Below, in pieces: positions 26,284-39,639 of a stretch of DNA of 64,000 nucleotides. Made by a program: the position numbers and the translations under genes. The stretch is from positions 494,786 to 558,785 of the forward strand of contig CBFDEM010000017.1 of assembly GCA_965603825.1 (NCBI GenBank), read 5' to 3'. Origin of the DNA: Blepharisma stoltei ATCC 30299. Taxonomy: Eukaryota; Protista; Ciliophora. Numbering within the stretch: position 1 is the first letter of the stretch; each line of letters opens with the position of its first letter. The notes beneath the pieces were generated by a model that saw only the letters and a list, made by a program, of their open reading frames with translations, was not told the origin of the DNA and searched no databases.

Positions 26284-29200
26284 ATGTCAATGTCCTTAGA
26301 TTTTCGCAATGATGGCAAAGAGAGTTCTCTGTATCGTGACTTCTTATCACAATCTCTTTACTCAAGTCATATTAAAACGTATTTTTATGGCTTTTTTGGA
26401 AATCTTTTCAGGATCAAATATGATATAAAAACAAAATTCAATGTGCAACTGCTAAATGAGGTTATAATAAATGCAATTATGACTTTACAATTAACAAGTT
26501 TGACATGATATCCATATTTAGACATTGAAGGATGAGATTCTTATAAAATTTTTTGGAACAGGCTAGGAATTGTAAGTTATGATGAAGTCTGTGCTTCTTT
26601 AAATATAATGGAATTTTGCTTTTATGGGACCGCAAGTCTATTAATGATTTGTTTAGGGTCATTTTGAATCTTTGGGATTTATATATATTTAAAAAAAGAT
26701 CCTCCAGCATTTTTGGCAACTTTTCCACAGAAAATTGCATTTTTTTTAACTTCAGCTTGTCTAATCCCTAGTACCATGATTTCGCTTATGGTATTTAAAT
26801 ACTCGCTTTGGCCTAAAAAGCATGTTGATGAATACGATGGAATTTCATCAGGAGAAGCCCTTAATTTTGGCGTTACAGGGGGAATTTGTTCCATAATATG
26901 TATAGTCTTGCTGGTACTTATAAGCGTTTGATCTGAGTTTTTTACTTGTGACATTAAGCATTCCCACAGCAAAGCAAATCTTAGAGCAAGATCTTCAGCT
27001 GCCTTAGATATTCATAGAAGATGGTTTTATATTTTTATGGGTTTTGCCTATATAGGCTTTGGAGACTCAAATGTAATAATACATCAGATTATTTCAGCTT
27101 TATGATCTATATACTTATTGGTAAAAAATATTATTTCTATGCAATATTATAATGTATTTGAAAACTCAATTATTGCCTGTGGGTTAGCTTCGGTCTCAGT
27201 GACGCTTTTAATTTTTATTTTTGGACAGATAATGGATAACGCGATGATTACTGTTATCTTAAGCATCTTTCTCCAACCGATGGTCTTAATTTTTACTATA
27301 TTGCTAGCAAGGAAAAACTATTACAGCTTACCATGCAAGATTGAAAATATAAAAAATCAGTTTGATTTTGAAAGAAAATTTCGTCATTTTTTAATCGATG
27401 AAAATAGAGAAAATAAGAATGAAGTTTTAGATTTATTTAAAGAATATTGGAACATGAGTCTATTTCAGAAAAATAAGTTTTTTGTTATGTGAGAGTTTTA
27501 TTATTGTCTCCATTTAAAAGATGAGAGATTAGCAAGAATAAAATTATCCAAAATTTCGACAGTTAAATCATCATTCGAAGCAGATATTCAAGAATGAAGG
27601 ATTTTTACTTGGCTATTAAATAGAAAATATAAACCTTTCCCTGACATAAATTATTTGCATTACTTAAAAGAACTTAGTAGGGTAAAAAAATTTGACGAAA
27701 AATTATGCCTTATCTTGGTAGAATTGTGCAGCGAATTTTCATCAAGGTCACCAAAAATTGATAGACTTATTAAATTAGTCAATAAAACATCGAACAGTAT
27801 CAAAGTGACTACAGAAAATTACAAATTAATAACAGAAAAACACAAAAATTTTGAAAGCTATGACCTGTATGCAAGCTTTCTAGACAACATTATAAGCAAC
27901 CACGAGGAAGCGAATTTAGTGAATAGAAAGAAAAATGGTCTAAATCAATACCAAAAAAATGACGATGACAGGCTAGAAAACTATGGAAAAGGCGTTGGAG
28001 TAATTTTAATTTCTTGTGCAGTAGATTCCTTTGGGTCTATTGCTTATCTCAATGAAAAGGCTGCTGTCACTTTAAAATCTTCAATAATAAATATCAGCGG
28101 TACATCTGTTATGAATTTCATTCCTCCACCTTATGATCTTATACACGAAAAAATAATGAAAAAATTTATTTTTGAGTGCACATCAACCTTGGTCAGCTCT
28201 CACCATGATTTGGTATTCCGATGCACTGATGGATTTTTATTAGAATGTGACACCCTAATTAAATTATCAGCATTTCATAACTCAGCTTATTTTCTTTTGT
28301 CATTTAAGCCCAAAAAGACATCAAGACATGTCGCTTTAATATCAGGCGATGGGTTTATTATTTCTCACTCAATTTCATTCCCATGCTATTTTTCTAACGA
28401 AAAATCTTTAAAAGATATGCATATTTCTAATATTATCCCATATTATCAAAATATTAAGAAAGGCGTCCCTTGGATTTTTACGCATAATGGAAAAGAAGTT
28501 GGGTTGTTAGTAAAAAACAAAGCAATAAGGTGAAAAATATTGAATTATTTATTAATTGTGCATGATGACGAAGAATTAGCTAAATTAAAGCTCAAAGGAG
28601 ACCAAGAAAGCATGGAAATAATTAACGATATCCAAAACCTTTATGAAAATGACATCTCTCAAGATTTGATGCTGAAAAATACTGATAAACTTAAGAATTT
28701 CCCTATTTCATTGATTTCCAGAAAAAAAGTGAAATTAAATTCAATTTTACCTGGAACTGTTGATAACACTGCTCTCGTGATTGAGGAAAATAAAATCGAA
28801 GAAAAAATGAGCAGTGAAGATCCTTCAAAATATTCTTCAACATTTTCGTCTTTTTCCAACGCAAAATTTTCAAAAAAGCTTCTTATGGAATCCAAGCAAA
28901 AAATTCAAATTCTTCAATGGGTGTTTTTTATCCTTGTAAACGTTATTTAGATGTCCTCGACTATTGTAATTGTTGTAGGAATTTTAGCTTATATGATAAG
29001 TGATGTAACTTATACCACCTCAATGAGCTCGTTTTATCGGTATGGGCGTCTTTTATTTGATTTAGGATGAATGTCAGACTCAGCACGAGCAATTGATAAA
29101 AATATTATGTTAAATGGAGCAAAAGAACAGTTATATACTTATATCTATCGATTGGGAAATACCTCTCTTGAGCTGGAAGATATTCAATTGTATTTAATTG

Positions 29201-30474
29201 ATGATTTTCACAAGTGAGATTATTGTCCATATGCAAAAATAATAAAAGAGCCAATTATGCCTCAATGAAATTTTGAAGGTGCCCATCCAAAAATCATATA
29301 TAAAAATTTTTATGACACTGTCTCTGATTTTATATATGCTGTATTTTTTATTTAGGCTACAAATCTCCTTAATGATGTCCAAAATAATCAAACCTATTCT
29401 GATCACGTTAAATTTATTGTTTCAAATGGACTGGGCTATACTTTTACTTATGCTAATTTTACAATGAATGAAATTGTAAAGTGCGAAGTAAATAGAGTAA
29501 AGCATACAGGAAATAATATAGAAGCTCTATTAATGTTTGGGTTCAGCGCACTTGGTATTTCAGTTCTTATTATTGCGGGGTACATCATGATGGTATCAAA
29601 AAAGCATGATGAGTTTTGGAATTTTGTACTTGAAAGAGCACAATTCTCACTGGCTCACCTAAAAGGTTCTTCTATTGATCGGCTTTTTATAGTTCATGGG
29701 ATTGATTATCAGTCTGATGCAGGCGTAGAGGCAGGCCGCTCTAGAAAGAAAATAAAATCAAATTTGCATAAACGCTATATATGGAGAGTAATGATATTTT
29801 TTGCAATAGTAGCTTCTTATTATTTGTTGATTTATTGCTATTTATACCCAAACTGTAAAGAAAATATGATAAATCGACCTAAACTTCTTAGTAATTTCAA
29901 CATAAGAAATTCTTTAATATCAAGATTATCTGTATTTGCCAGAGAGACAACATCTCCTTACTGAAGCTATCTTTTGCCTTACTCACAGCCTTCGAAAAAT
30001 CCGAAAGACTCATTAAATGAAACTTGATATGAATTGACTAAAAAATCAAGTGAGTTAAACAAAAAAAAATTTTTAGATTTAATGTCAGATGAGTTAAAAA
30101 CAAAAATATTTGAAAAAGGAAGCAGCACTTTGAATTATCTTCATTTTGGGTCACAATCTGCAGTTTTTGCAGTTAAAGATGAAATTTATAATATTTTATA
30201 TTGACAGCTTGTAGCCACTTACACACTATACCCATTTTTACTTAAAGTTACAGAAGTTCAAAATGAAATACGCTTAGAATTTACACTAGCTGATAGGGAT
30301 TCGAAAGATGTGATAAACGGTCAGTTAAGTGTAATTATTTACACAACAGTTATATATTCGCTAGCTGTTGTTTTACTTTACTTTTTATATTATTTGCCAT
30401 ATTTGAATGTCCAAATAAAACAGCTTGAAAGGTTTGGGATTTTGCCTACTATTTTAAGTATGGAATCTGAATAA
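26284..30474 (+). CDS. R6: PAS/TmcB-like polytopic membrane protein (~1386 aa), subfamily B; introns 28936-28950 and 29341-29355
   Basis: Single frame with TGA=Trp to ...ILPTILSMESE-TAA. Introns gtaaacgttatttag and gtattttttatttag. Start may be the second ATG at 26290. Confidence 0.92.
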
Positions 30475-30791
30475 TTAGTTTTTTAAGATTTTTTGTATTT
30501 TATATAAATAAATCTTTTCCGCTTAATAAATAAATTGAGACTGCAGCTGTTGAATCGAATATTAAATATTGAAAATTATTATGTTGATGAAATTCATTGA
30601 GAATTGTCGAGTAAGCTTTATAAGTTTAAATACAAATGCAAAAGCTTCTGATATGAAAAACTTCTTTAAATTTTTATATATCATAGTTTAATTAATAATT
30701 AATTTCAAAAATTTCAGATTTTTGGCGATTTATGTTATTATCTTCCTTTACTGGGCGGAGCCAGGAACCCATTTTAAGATAAAAAATTATA

Positions 30792-33700
30792 ATGTCATTC
30801 GATTTTTCTATTGATGATAAAGAAAGCAGCCAAAGTCGCGATTTTTTATCGCAGTCGCTATTTTCAAGCCAAATTAAAACTCATTTTTTTACAAATTTTG
30901 CTAAGCTTTTTAAGGTCAAGTATCATAAAAAAACAAAGTGAAATATGCAGATGATCTATGAAATATGCATAAACGCAATTATGACTTTACAGCTAACAAG
31001 CCTAATATGATATCCAAATTTGGAAATTCAAGAATGAGATACTTATAAAATTTTTTGAATTCGATTAGGAATTGTAAGCTATGATGAGATTTGTGCTTCT
31101 TGGAATATTATGGGCTTTTGCTTTTATGGAACCATAGCTTTAATATCAATTTTTGTAGGCTCGTTTTGAGGTTTTGGAATTTATTTAAAAAAAGACCCAC
31201 CTGAGTTTTTGGCAGGTTTTTTTCAAACTATTGCATTTTTGCTAACTACAGTTTGCCTTATCCCAAGCACTATGATTCTCCTTGCAGTTCTTAAATATTC
31301 TCTATCTCCTTCAAATAATAAGGAATATTCTTCTGGAAATACAATGAATTTCGGAATTCCAGGAGTAATTTGTTCTGTCATTTGCATTTCTTTACTGATA
31401 CCAATTAGCAGCTTTTCTGAGCTATTTTCTAGTGATTTAAAGCACTCTCATAGTAAAAAAAATCTTAAAGCTAGATCTTCAGCTGGTTTTGATTTGCAAA
31501 GGAGGTGATTTTATATGTTTACGTGCTTTACATATATATGCTTTGGAGATTCATATGTATTAATTCATCAAACTATTTTGGCTGAATGGTCTTTATATAT
31601 GTTTATTAAAAGTGTCATTATTTTGCAATATTTTAATCCTATTGAAAATTCAATTTTTGCTTGTGAATTTGCTTCAGTCACAGTTACAATTTTAGTTTTT
31701 GTATTTGGACAGATAATGGATAACGCAATTATAACTGTTGTCTTTACTATATTCCTTCAGCCTATAATAATTATCTTTACTATTTTAATAACTAGAAAGA
31801 TCTATTATAAGTTACCAAATACTACAAAAACAATAAAAAGTCAGCTTGATTTTGAAAGAAAATTCAGAGATCTTTTGACTGACAAAAATCAAGAAAATAA
31901 AGCAAAAGTTTTAAATTTGTTTAAAAAATACTGAAATTTAAGTCTATTTCAAAAAGATAGGTTATTTGTGATATGAGAATTTTACTATTGTCTATTTCTA
32001 AAAGATGAGAGATTAGCAAGGATCAAGTTATCGAAAATCTCAACAATAAAATCGTCATTTGAAGTTGACATAAAAGTTTGAACGATTTTTAATTGGCTTG
32101 CAAAGAGAAAAAATAAGCTATTACCTGATATAAATTATTTGCATTATTTAAAGGATTTTAGTGTTGCCAAAAAGATGGATGAGAAATTGTGTTTTATTTT
32201 GGTAGAGTTATGCTCTGAATTTTCATCAAAATCACCGAAAATCGAAAAGCTTATTAAATTAACAAATAAAGCATCTAGTAACATTAACGAGATCACAGAA
32301 AATTATAAACTATTAACAGAAAAACATAAAAATCTTGAGAGCTATGAATTGTATCAAAGTTTCTTAGAAAACATCACAAATAACCACGACGAAGCAAATA
32401 TAATTAATAGAAAGAAATCTGGAATAAACAGTTTTTACAGTCAAAATAATGATGATGGCTATTTAGAAAACTATGGAAAAGAAGTTGGAGTTATCTTAAT
32501 TTCCTGCTCAAAAGCTTCATTTGGGTCTATTATTTATCTCAATGAAAAAGCTGCGTCTATACTGAAATCTTCAATATCAAGTATTTGTGGGACTTCCTAT
32601 ATGACTTTAATACCTCCTCCTTATGATCTTATACACGCAAAATTTATGAAACAATTTATTTCTGAGTGCGTATCAACCCACATCCCAGCCCATCAAAATT
32701 TAATTTTCCAATGCTCTGATGGATTTTTACTAGAATGCGACTGCTTAATTAAGCTATCCGCATTTCATAATTCCCCTTACTTTTTGCTATCATTTAAGCC
32801 AAAGAATACATCAAGACATATAGCTTTAATTTCTTCTGAAGGACTAATAGCATCCCATTCAATTTCTTTTCCGTGCTATTTCTCCACCGAACAATCTTTA
32901 AAAAATCGTCTGATTTTCGAAATAATCCCAGATTTTCAAAAAATGAAAAAAGGCATACCATGGATTGTTAACCATAATGGCAAAGAATTAGGACTTGTAA
33001 GTATTACAAAAAAAATAAAATATAGAGAATTAAACTTATTATTGGTTATTCATGACTCTGAAGAATTATCTAAATGAAAATCAAAGGGAAGAAAAATTAG
33101 AGATCAAACAGAAATTAATTATGATAAACAAGCTATCGATGAAAACGATGCATCGGTATCTCAAGACTTGACACATAATAGTGTTGAAATTAATTTTTTG
33201 AAAGTTCCTGGTTTTGCTAAGGTAAGGAGATCGGTAAAATTGAAAACATTACTACCTAACACAATGGATAATACCAGCGCTCATGGCTTTGAAGACAGGA
33301 GAGCAGATGAAAAATTGATAAGTGAGGAACCCTCAAAGCCTTCTTCTACTTTTTCGTCATTTTCTCATTCAGGTCTTTCACAGAGGCTGCTTTTAGAGTC
33401 CAAGCAAAAAATAAGAATTCTTCAATGGGTGCTTTTTGCGATTGTAAAAATTATTTAGATGTCTTCGACTATTGCGATTTTTATAGGGATTTTAGTTTAT
33501 ATGATAAGCGATGTGACTCATACCACTAGAATGAGCTCTTTTAATCGTCTTGGCAATCTTTTATATGATTTTGGGCTATTTACAGATATATCAAGAGCGC
33601 TAGACAAAACCATTATTTTAAATGGAGCTAAAGAACTGATAGATAGCTATGTTTACAAATTGGGCAATCTTACGGTTGAAGTAATAGATCTTCAAACTCA

Positions 33701-34988
33701 TATATTAGATGATTTTAGCCGATGAGACTATTGCTCATATGCAAGCATAGCCGACGAGTCAATTATGCCACAATGAAATTTTGAAGAAGTTTTTCCAAAA
33801 ATTATATACAAAAATTTTTATGACACGGTCACAGATTTCGTATATGCTGTAATTTTTACTTAGTCAACGAACTATATAGATGATATAGGCAACCATCAAA
33901 ACTACTCAAGGCATCTTCAATTTCTTTTGGCTAATGGGATGGGATTTTCTTTTGATTATGCAAATATTACAATGAAGGAAATTGAAAATTGTGAAATAAA
34001 CAGAATAAAAACCACAGGAGAAAAAATAGATGCTTTATTAATGTTTGGGTTTGTGGCTCTTGGAGCTTTAATGCTGATAATTTTTTGTTTTGTATTTATA
34101 GTATCAAAAAAACATGATGAATTTTGGAATTTTTTAATTGAAAAAGCACAGCCATCTTTAGTGCAGTTAAAAGGGTCTTCTATAGATAGACTTTTAAATG
34201 TGCATGGGGTTGATTATCAATCGGAAATAAATTGGGAAATGCGCATTGGTGGCAGAAGGAAGAAAATCAAATCAAATTTATATAAGCGTTATATATGGAG
34301 AGTACTGATATTTTTTGCGATTGTTACTTCTTATTATTTATTAATTTTTTGGTATTTATATCCAAATACCGAAAGAAATATGGTAAATCGGCCAAAATTG
34401 CTTAGTAATTTCAATATTCGAAGGTCTCTCTTATCAAGACTAACTGTTTTTGCACGTGAAACAGCGTTACCTTATTGAAAATATCGTCTACCTTATTCTT
34501 ATCCACACGAAAACTCTTTTAACTTATTGCTGGAAACGTGAGATGAACTAAGCATGAAAACCAAAGAGATAAGAGGAAATGACTTTTTAAGATTAATGTC
34601 TGATGAGCTAAAAGAAAGGATATTCGAAAAATTAGATAGCACCTTAGATCAGCTTCATTTTGGGGTAAGATCTGCAGTGCTTTCTATTAAAAATGATATT
34701 TATAATATTTTATATTGAACAAACTTTGCTCCTTCAGTTATGATCCCATTCTTGGGCAAAGTGGCAGAAATTGAAGATGAAATTGGCTTACAATTCGATT
34801 TGGCTGATAGAGACTCAAAAAATGTGATAAATAGTCAGCTAAATGAAATTATTTACACAACTATTATTTACTCACTGGGTGTTGTTTTGTTTTTCTTTTT
34901 GTATTATTTTCTATATTTGAATAAACAGATTAAACAATTGGAGAGTTTTGGGACTTTGCCGACGATTTTATCAATGGAATCAGATTAG
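30792..34988 (+). CDS. R7: PAS/TmcB-like polytopic membrane protein (~1388 aa), subfamily B; introns 33444-33458 and 33849-33863
   Basis: ATG at 30792 (MSFDFSIDDKESS, paralog-like start missed by the ORF track). Single frame. Introns gtaaaaattatttag and gtaatttttacttag. TAG stop. Confidence 0.92.
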
Positions 34989-35367
34989 AGCATAACTACT
35001 TTTTCTTAAAAATTACAAAAAATTCTTTTTTTAGAAAATCAAAAATATGATTATAACCTAAATACATTTTTAATGCTTTATTCAATAGTTTCTGTTTATT
35101 AAACCTGCCAAATAATCAATAAATAACTAGTTTGATGATTATGCAAAAATTGCTTTAATTAATAGAGTCTCAATGAACCCTTTAGCTCTTATTTGCATTA
35201 ATTTTTATTTAATGCTGTTTCCCGAATGTCTTATAAAAATTAATAGAAAAATTACTGATCATATTGGCAGCTTAGTAAATTTTCCTGAATTTTTTATTAG
35301 AAATGGAACTTAATTTATTCAACCAGATATTAATGAATTTAATCTATCATTAATAAATAACAGCCGC

Positions 35368-38300
35368 ATGTCGAGAGATTTAGACACTGCAACAAAAGAA
35401 AACAGCGATTTCCATGTATTTTTATCCCAGTCTTTATTTTCTAATAGAATTAAAGAATATCTATATGGGTTCTTTGGGCAGCTCTTCAAAACAAAATACA
35501 GCCATAAAGTAAAGTTCAGAATCCAGCTTGTATATGAGCTTCTTATCAATTTTACCTTTATTTTGCAGCTTTCTCCTTTGTGGTGGTCTCCAAGCATGAA
35601 AGCATCAGGATGGAGCTCATATCGAGGATTTTGGCAAGGGATTGCCTTTGTCAGCTATGATGAAGTTTGTGCTTATTTTTCAATTATGAATTTTTGCCTT
35701 TACGGGACGATTTTTTTGATAGGATCTTGCATTGGGTCATTTTTGATATTTGGATTTTATATTTACTTTGGAAAAGAGATTCCTTTGATACTTTCCATTT
35801 TGCCTCGAAAAATTGCTGTTCTTTTAACTACAGTTTGCATTATTCCAAGCACGATGATTTTTGTTATGATGATAAAATACTCAATAGTAAAATACGAAAA
35901 AATCCAAGAATACGCAGGAGAGATGTCATCCAGTGTATATAACTATGGAGTATGAGGAGTTTTTCTAGGACTTTTCTGCCTCTGGGCTTTGATTTTTGTA
36001 AATATTTTTAGCGAGTCATTTAGCTGTGATATGAAACATTCCCATTCACAGAAAAATTTAAAAGCTCGGTCATGTGCTAGTTTTGACTTGCAAAGAAGAG
36101 GGTTTTATATGATCATGTGCATTTTATATGTTTCATTTGGAAACTCTGATCACGCCTTTGCTTATCAAATTGTTTTACTTATGGGCTCATTATATCTTTT
36201 TACAATATGCGTTAAATCTGCACAATATTTTAACGTAATTGAAAACTCTATTCAAGCTTGTAACCTAGCGGTGATTTCTTCTACGCTACTGTTTTTTATT
36301 TTTGCACAGATTTTAGATAATGCTTTAATCATCATGCTATTTACTTTCTGCATACTGCCTATTGTAGTTTATCTTACTACAATTATGGTAAATAAAAAGT
36401 ACCAAAATTTAAGGAAAAATCCAAATATCCCTATAAATCAATATGAATTTGAAAGAAAATTCAGGCATCTCCTCAGTGGCGAAAAAGCAACAAATAAAAC
36501 CAAAATTTTGAATTTATTCTTAAAATTTTGAAAAGAAAGCCAATTTATTAAGGACAAGTTGTTTGTTATATGAGAATTTAATTTTTGTTTAGATATGCTA
36601 AAAGATGAAAGACTTGCAAGAATTAAGCTCTCAAAAATTGCTTATGCGAAGTCTTCATTTGAAGGTGATGTACAGGAATGAAGATTATTCAATTGGCTTG
36701 TCAGGAAAAAGCACTCTTCATTTCCTGACACAAGCTATTTAGAATATTTAAAAGAGTTTAGTAGGATTAGAAGCCAAGATGAAGAGCTTTGCATGATTTT
36801 GACTGAATTACAAGCTGAGTTTTCATTAAAAAAACCAAGGATACAAAAATTGGTAAATTTAGTGAGGAGGTCGGCCCAGCATATTCTTTATGTATCAGAT
36901 GGGTACAAAAATTTGATAGAAAAATACAAAAAATTAGAAGCTTTTGAAATATATGCGAGCTATCTTGACGATATACTTAGTTATCATGAAGAAGCAAAAG
37001 CTATTGTAAGAAAGAAAAACGGAATTAATTTTTTTAATATAAATCGTGATGCAAGAAGCTTAGAAAACTATGGAAAAGATCTCGCTGCAATTCTTGTTTC
37101 TTGCTCCGATGAAAATTTTGGAACTATTGTATATATCAATGAAAAAGCTGCTCAGGTACTAAAATCAACAGTTGGGAATATATTGGGGTCTTCTATTATG
37201 AATTATATTCCTCAACCTTATGATTCTTTGCATGAAAATCTGATGAGGAATTTTATCCTTCAGTGCGACTCAATATCACTCTCAACTCATGAAAAGCTTT
37301 TTATCCAGAGCCACGGTGGGTATATAGTTGAGTGCAATTTTTTAATAAAATTGACCGCTTTTCACAATTGCGCTTATTTTTTAATTTCATTTAGACCTGC
37401 TCCAAACATAAGAGAAATAGCTTTAATTACTGATGAAGGCATTATTATGGCTCATACCGAGTTATTTTCATATTATCTTACTAATCAAGAAAAAGACTTA
37501 AAAAACAAAAACTTATCGGAGTTTTTGCCTTTTAGCAATATAGAAAATTTGCATGATTTTGAGCCATGAATTCTTCCATATGGACTAAGTGAGATGCTTT
37601 TAGTTAAAACCAAAAAGCAGATAAAAAATATTTCCTTAAACATCCTCATTCTAATACACGACGAAAACGAAATTAAAAAATGAAAAGAGGGCCAATCAGA
37701 AGACATCATTAGGCACTTAGGCTCATTCCAAATGCCTACTGAAGATAACGAATCAACCAATAACGTCGTTCCATTTTTCCCAAAGCAAAAACCTTTTGAA
37801 GTAAAATTCCACTCAATGAATTCTCAGTCCACTTCCACAAAACTAGTCGAAAAAACAGAAACTGATATTTTTGCTCGCTCAGATGAAACTTATATTGACC
37901 AAGGATACGAAGAAAGCCAGCCTAACGACAAAAGATCAAATTCCTCAAAAGCATCGTCGATTAAAAACCCAGCTGCAGAACTATTAAACCATACCGAAAA
38001 ATTGCTGTCAAACACAAAACGAAAAATAAAAATATTGCTGATTGTACTGTTTCTTGTGGTAAAAAATATTTAGATGTCGTCTGTTATTATAACAGTTGTT
38101 GGGATTTTAGCGTATATGAAAAATGATGTATTACATACAAATGCATTGAGCTCGTTTAGGCATTTTGGGGATTTAATTTATGAGTTTGGCCTTTCAGCAG
38201 ACTTATCATTAACTTTAGATACATTGATAAAAACTGATAGCTCTTATACAAAAATTGATAAAGTTGCGGACAGCTTAGAAGGCGTTGTTTTAGATCTCGA

Positions 38301-39609
38301 ATATTTACAAGAATCAATTTTTCAAGACTTTGAGAAATGGAGCTACTGCAAAAGTTATGAAATTACCGACAGATCTGTAATTCCTCTATGGATTTTTGAT
38401 GAAAAACGTCCAGAAATTTTATTCAATAACTTATATGACGCTATAGCAAGATTCATCACAAATGTAATTATCATATAGGGAAAAAATGTAATTTCTTCAG
38501 TTCGACGAGAAAAAAATTACGAAAAATATGCAAAATTTTTATTTGTAAACGGCCTAGGAAACATGTTCCATTACTCAAATCTTACAATGTCAGAATTAGT
38601 TGACTGTGAAGTCGACAGAGTAAAAAGCACAGGAGAAATGATTAATATTCTTTTGCTTTTTGGGTTTGGCACTTTAGGGATTTTGGTTTTAGTAATTGTG
38701 GGGTATATAATACTTGTGTCAAAAAAATATGACGAATTTTGGAATTTTATTTTAAATCACACACAATTGCAAATGATTATGATAAGATGTGCAGCAATTG
38801 ATAGGCTTGCAACAACTCATGGAGTTGAAAACACTTTTGATGTAAATTTAGATGATAAAATAAAGCCAAGCTATATAAGAAAAGTCAAAGGCACCTTATA
38901 TAAAGAGTATATAAGAAGACTTATGATATTTTTCGTTATAGCTGCGTCTTATTACTTGTTAATTTTCAATTATTTGTACCCAAATCTCGATCAAACTATG
39001 ATAAATCGTCCAAAACTGCTTAACAATTTTATAATTCGAAGATCCCTCCTATCAAGATCATCAATTTTTTCCCAAAGAAATTATCACGATTTCTATTATT
39101 ACTGTCTCCCAGACCTCTATAACTCTCCAAATTCTGAAACAATCAAAGACCTCACTATAAAAAAATTAAAAGAAAAAAATACCGAAATAAATGAACAAAA
39201 ATTTTTTAATTTAATTTCTTCAGAATTAAAACGAAGACTGTATGAGACAAGTGAGGCAACAATTAAAGAATTAAAAGAAGGGACTCAGGCTGCGATTGAT
39301 GTAATTATTAGAGATATTGAAAATTATGGAAATTCTAGCTATGCTTACGAAGACAGTGTTTTAGAATTTGCGAGTAAAGTTAAGGTAATTCAAGATGAGA
39401 TTGGTGAAGAGTTTGATTTAGCAGATAGAGACTCAAAAAACATTATAGATAGCCAGCTGAACACTATTATAAACACCACAATCATTTACTCAGTAGCTCT
39501 AAGTGCTTTGTTTTTCTTTTATTATTTTCCATATTTGAACTTACAAATGAACCAACTTAAGCTATTCGCAGTATTGCCAAGCATTTTGCCTACACAAATT
39601 GACTATTAA
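35368..39609 (+). CDS. R8: PAS/TmcB-like polytopic membrane protein (~1403 aa), subfamily A; introns 38059-38073 and 38464-38478
   Basis: Single frame. Introns gtaaaaaatatttag and gtaattatcatatag. PAS IPQPYDSLH. TAA stop. Confidence 0.92.
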
Positions 39610-39639
39610 ATATTATGCATATTAAATAGAGTGGCGAAT

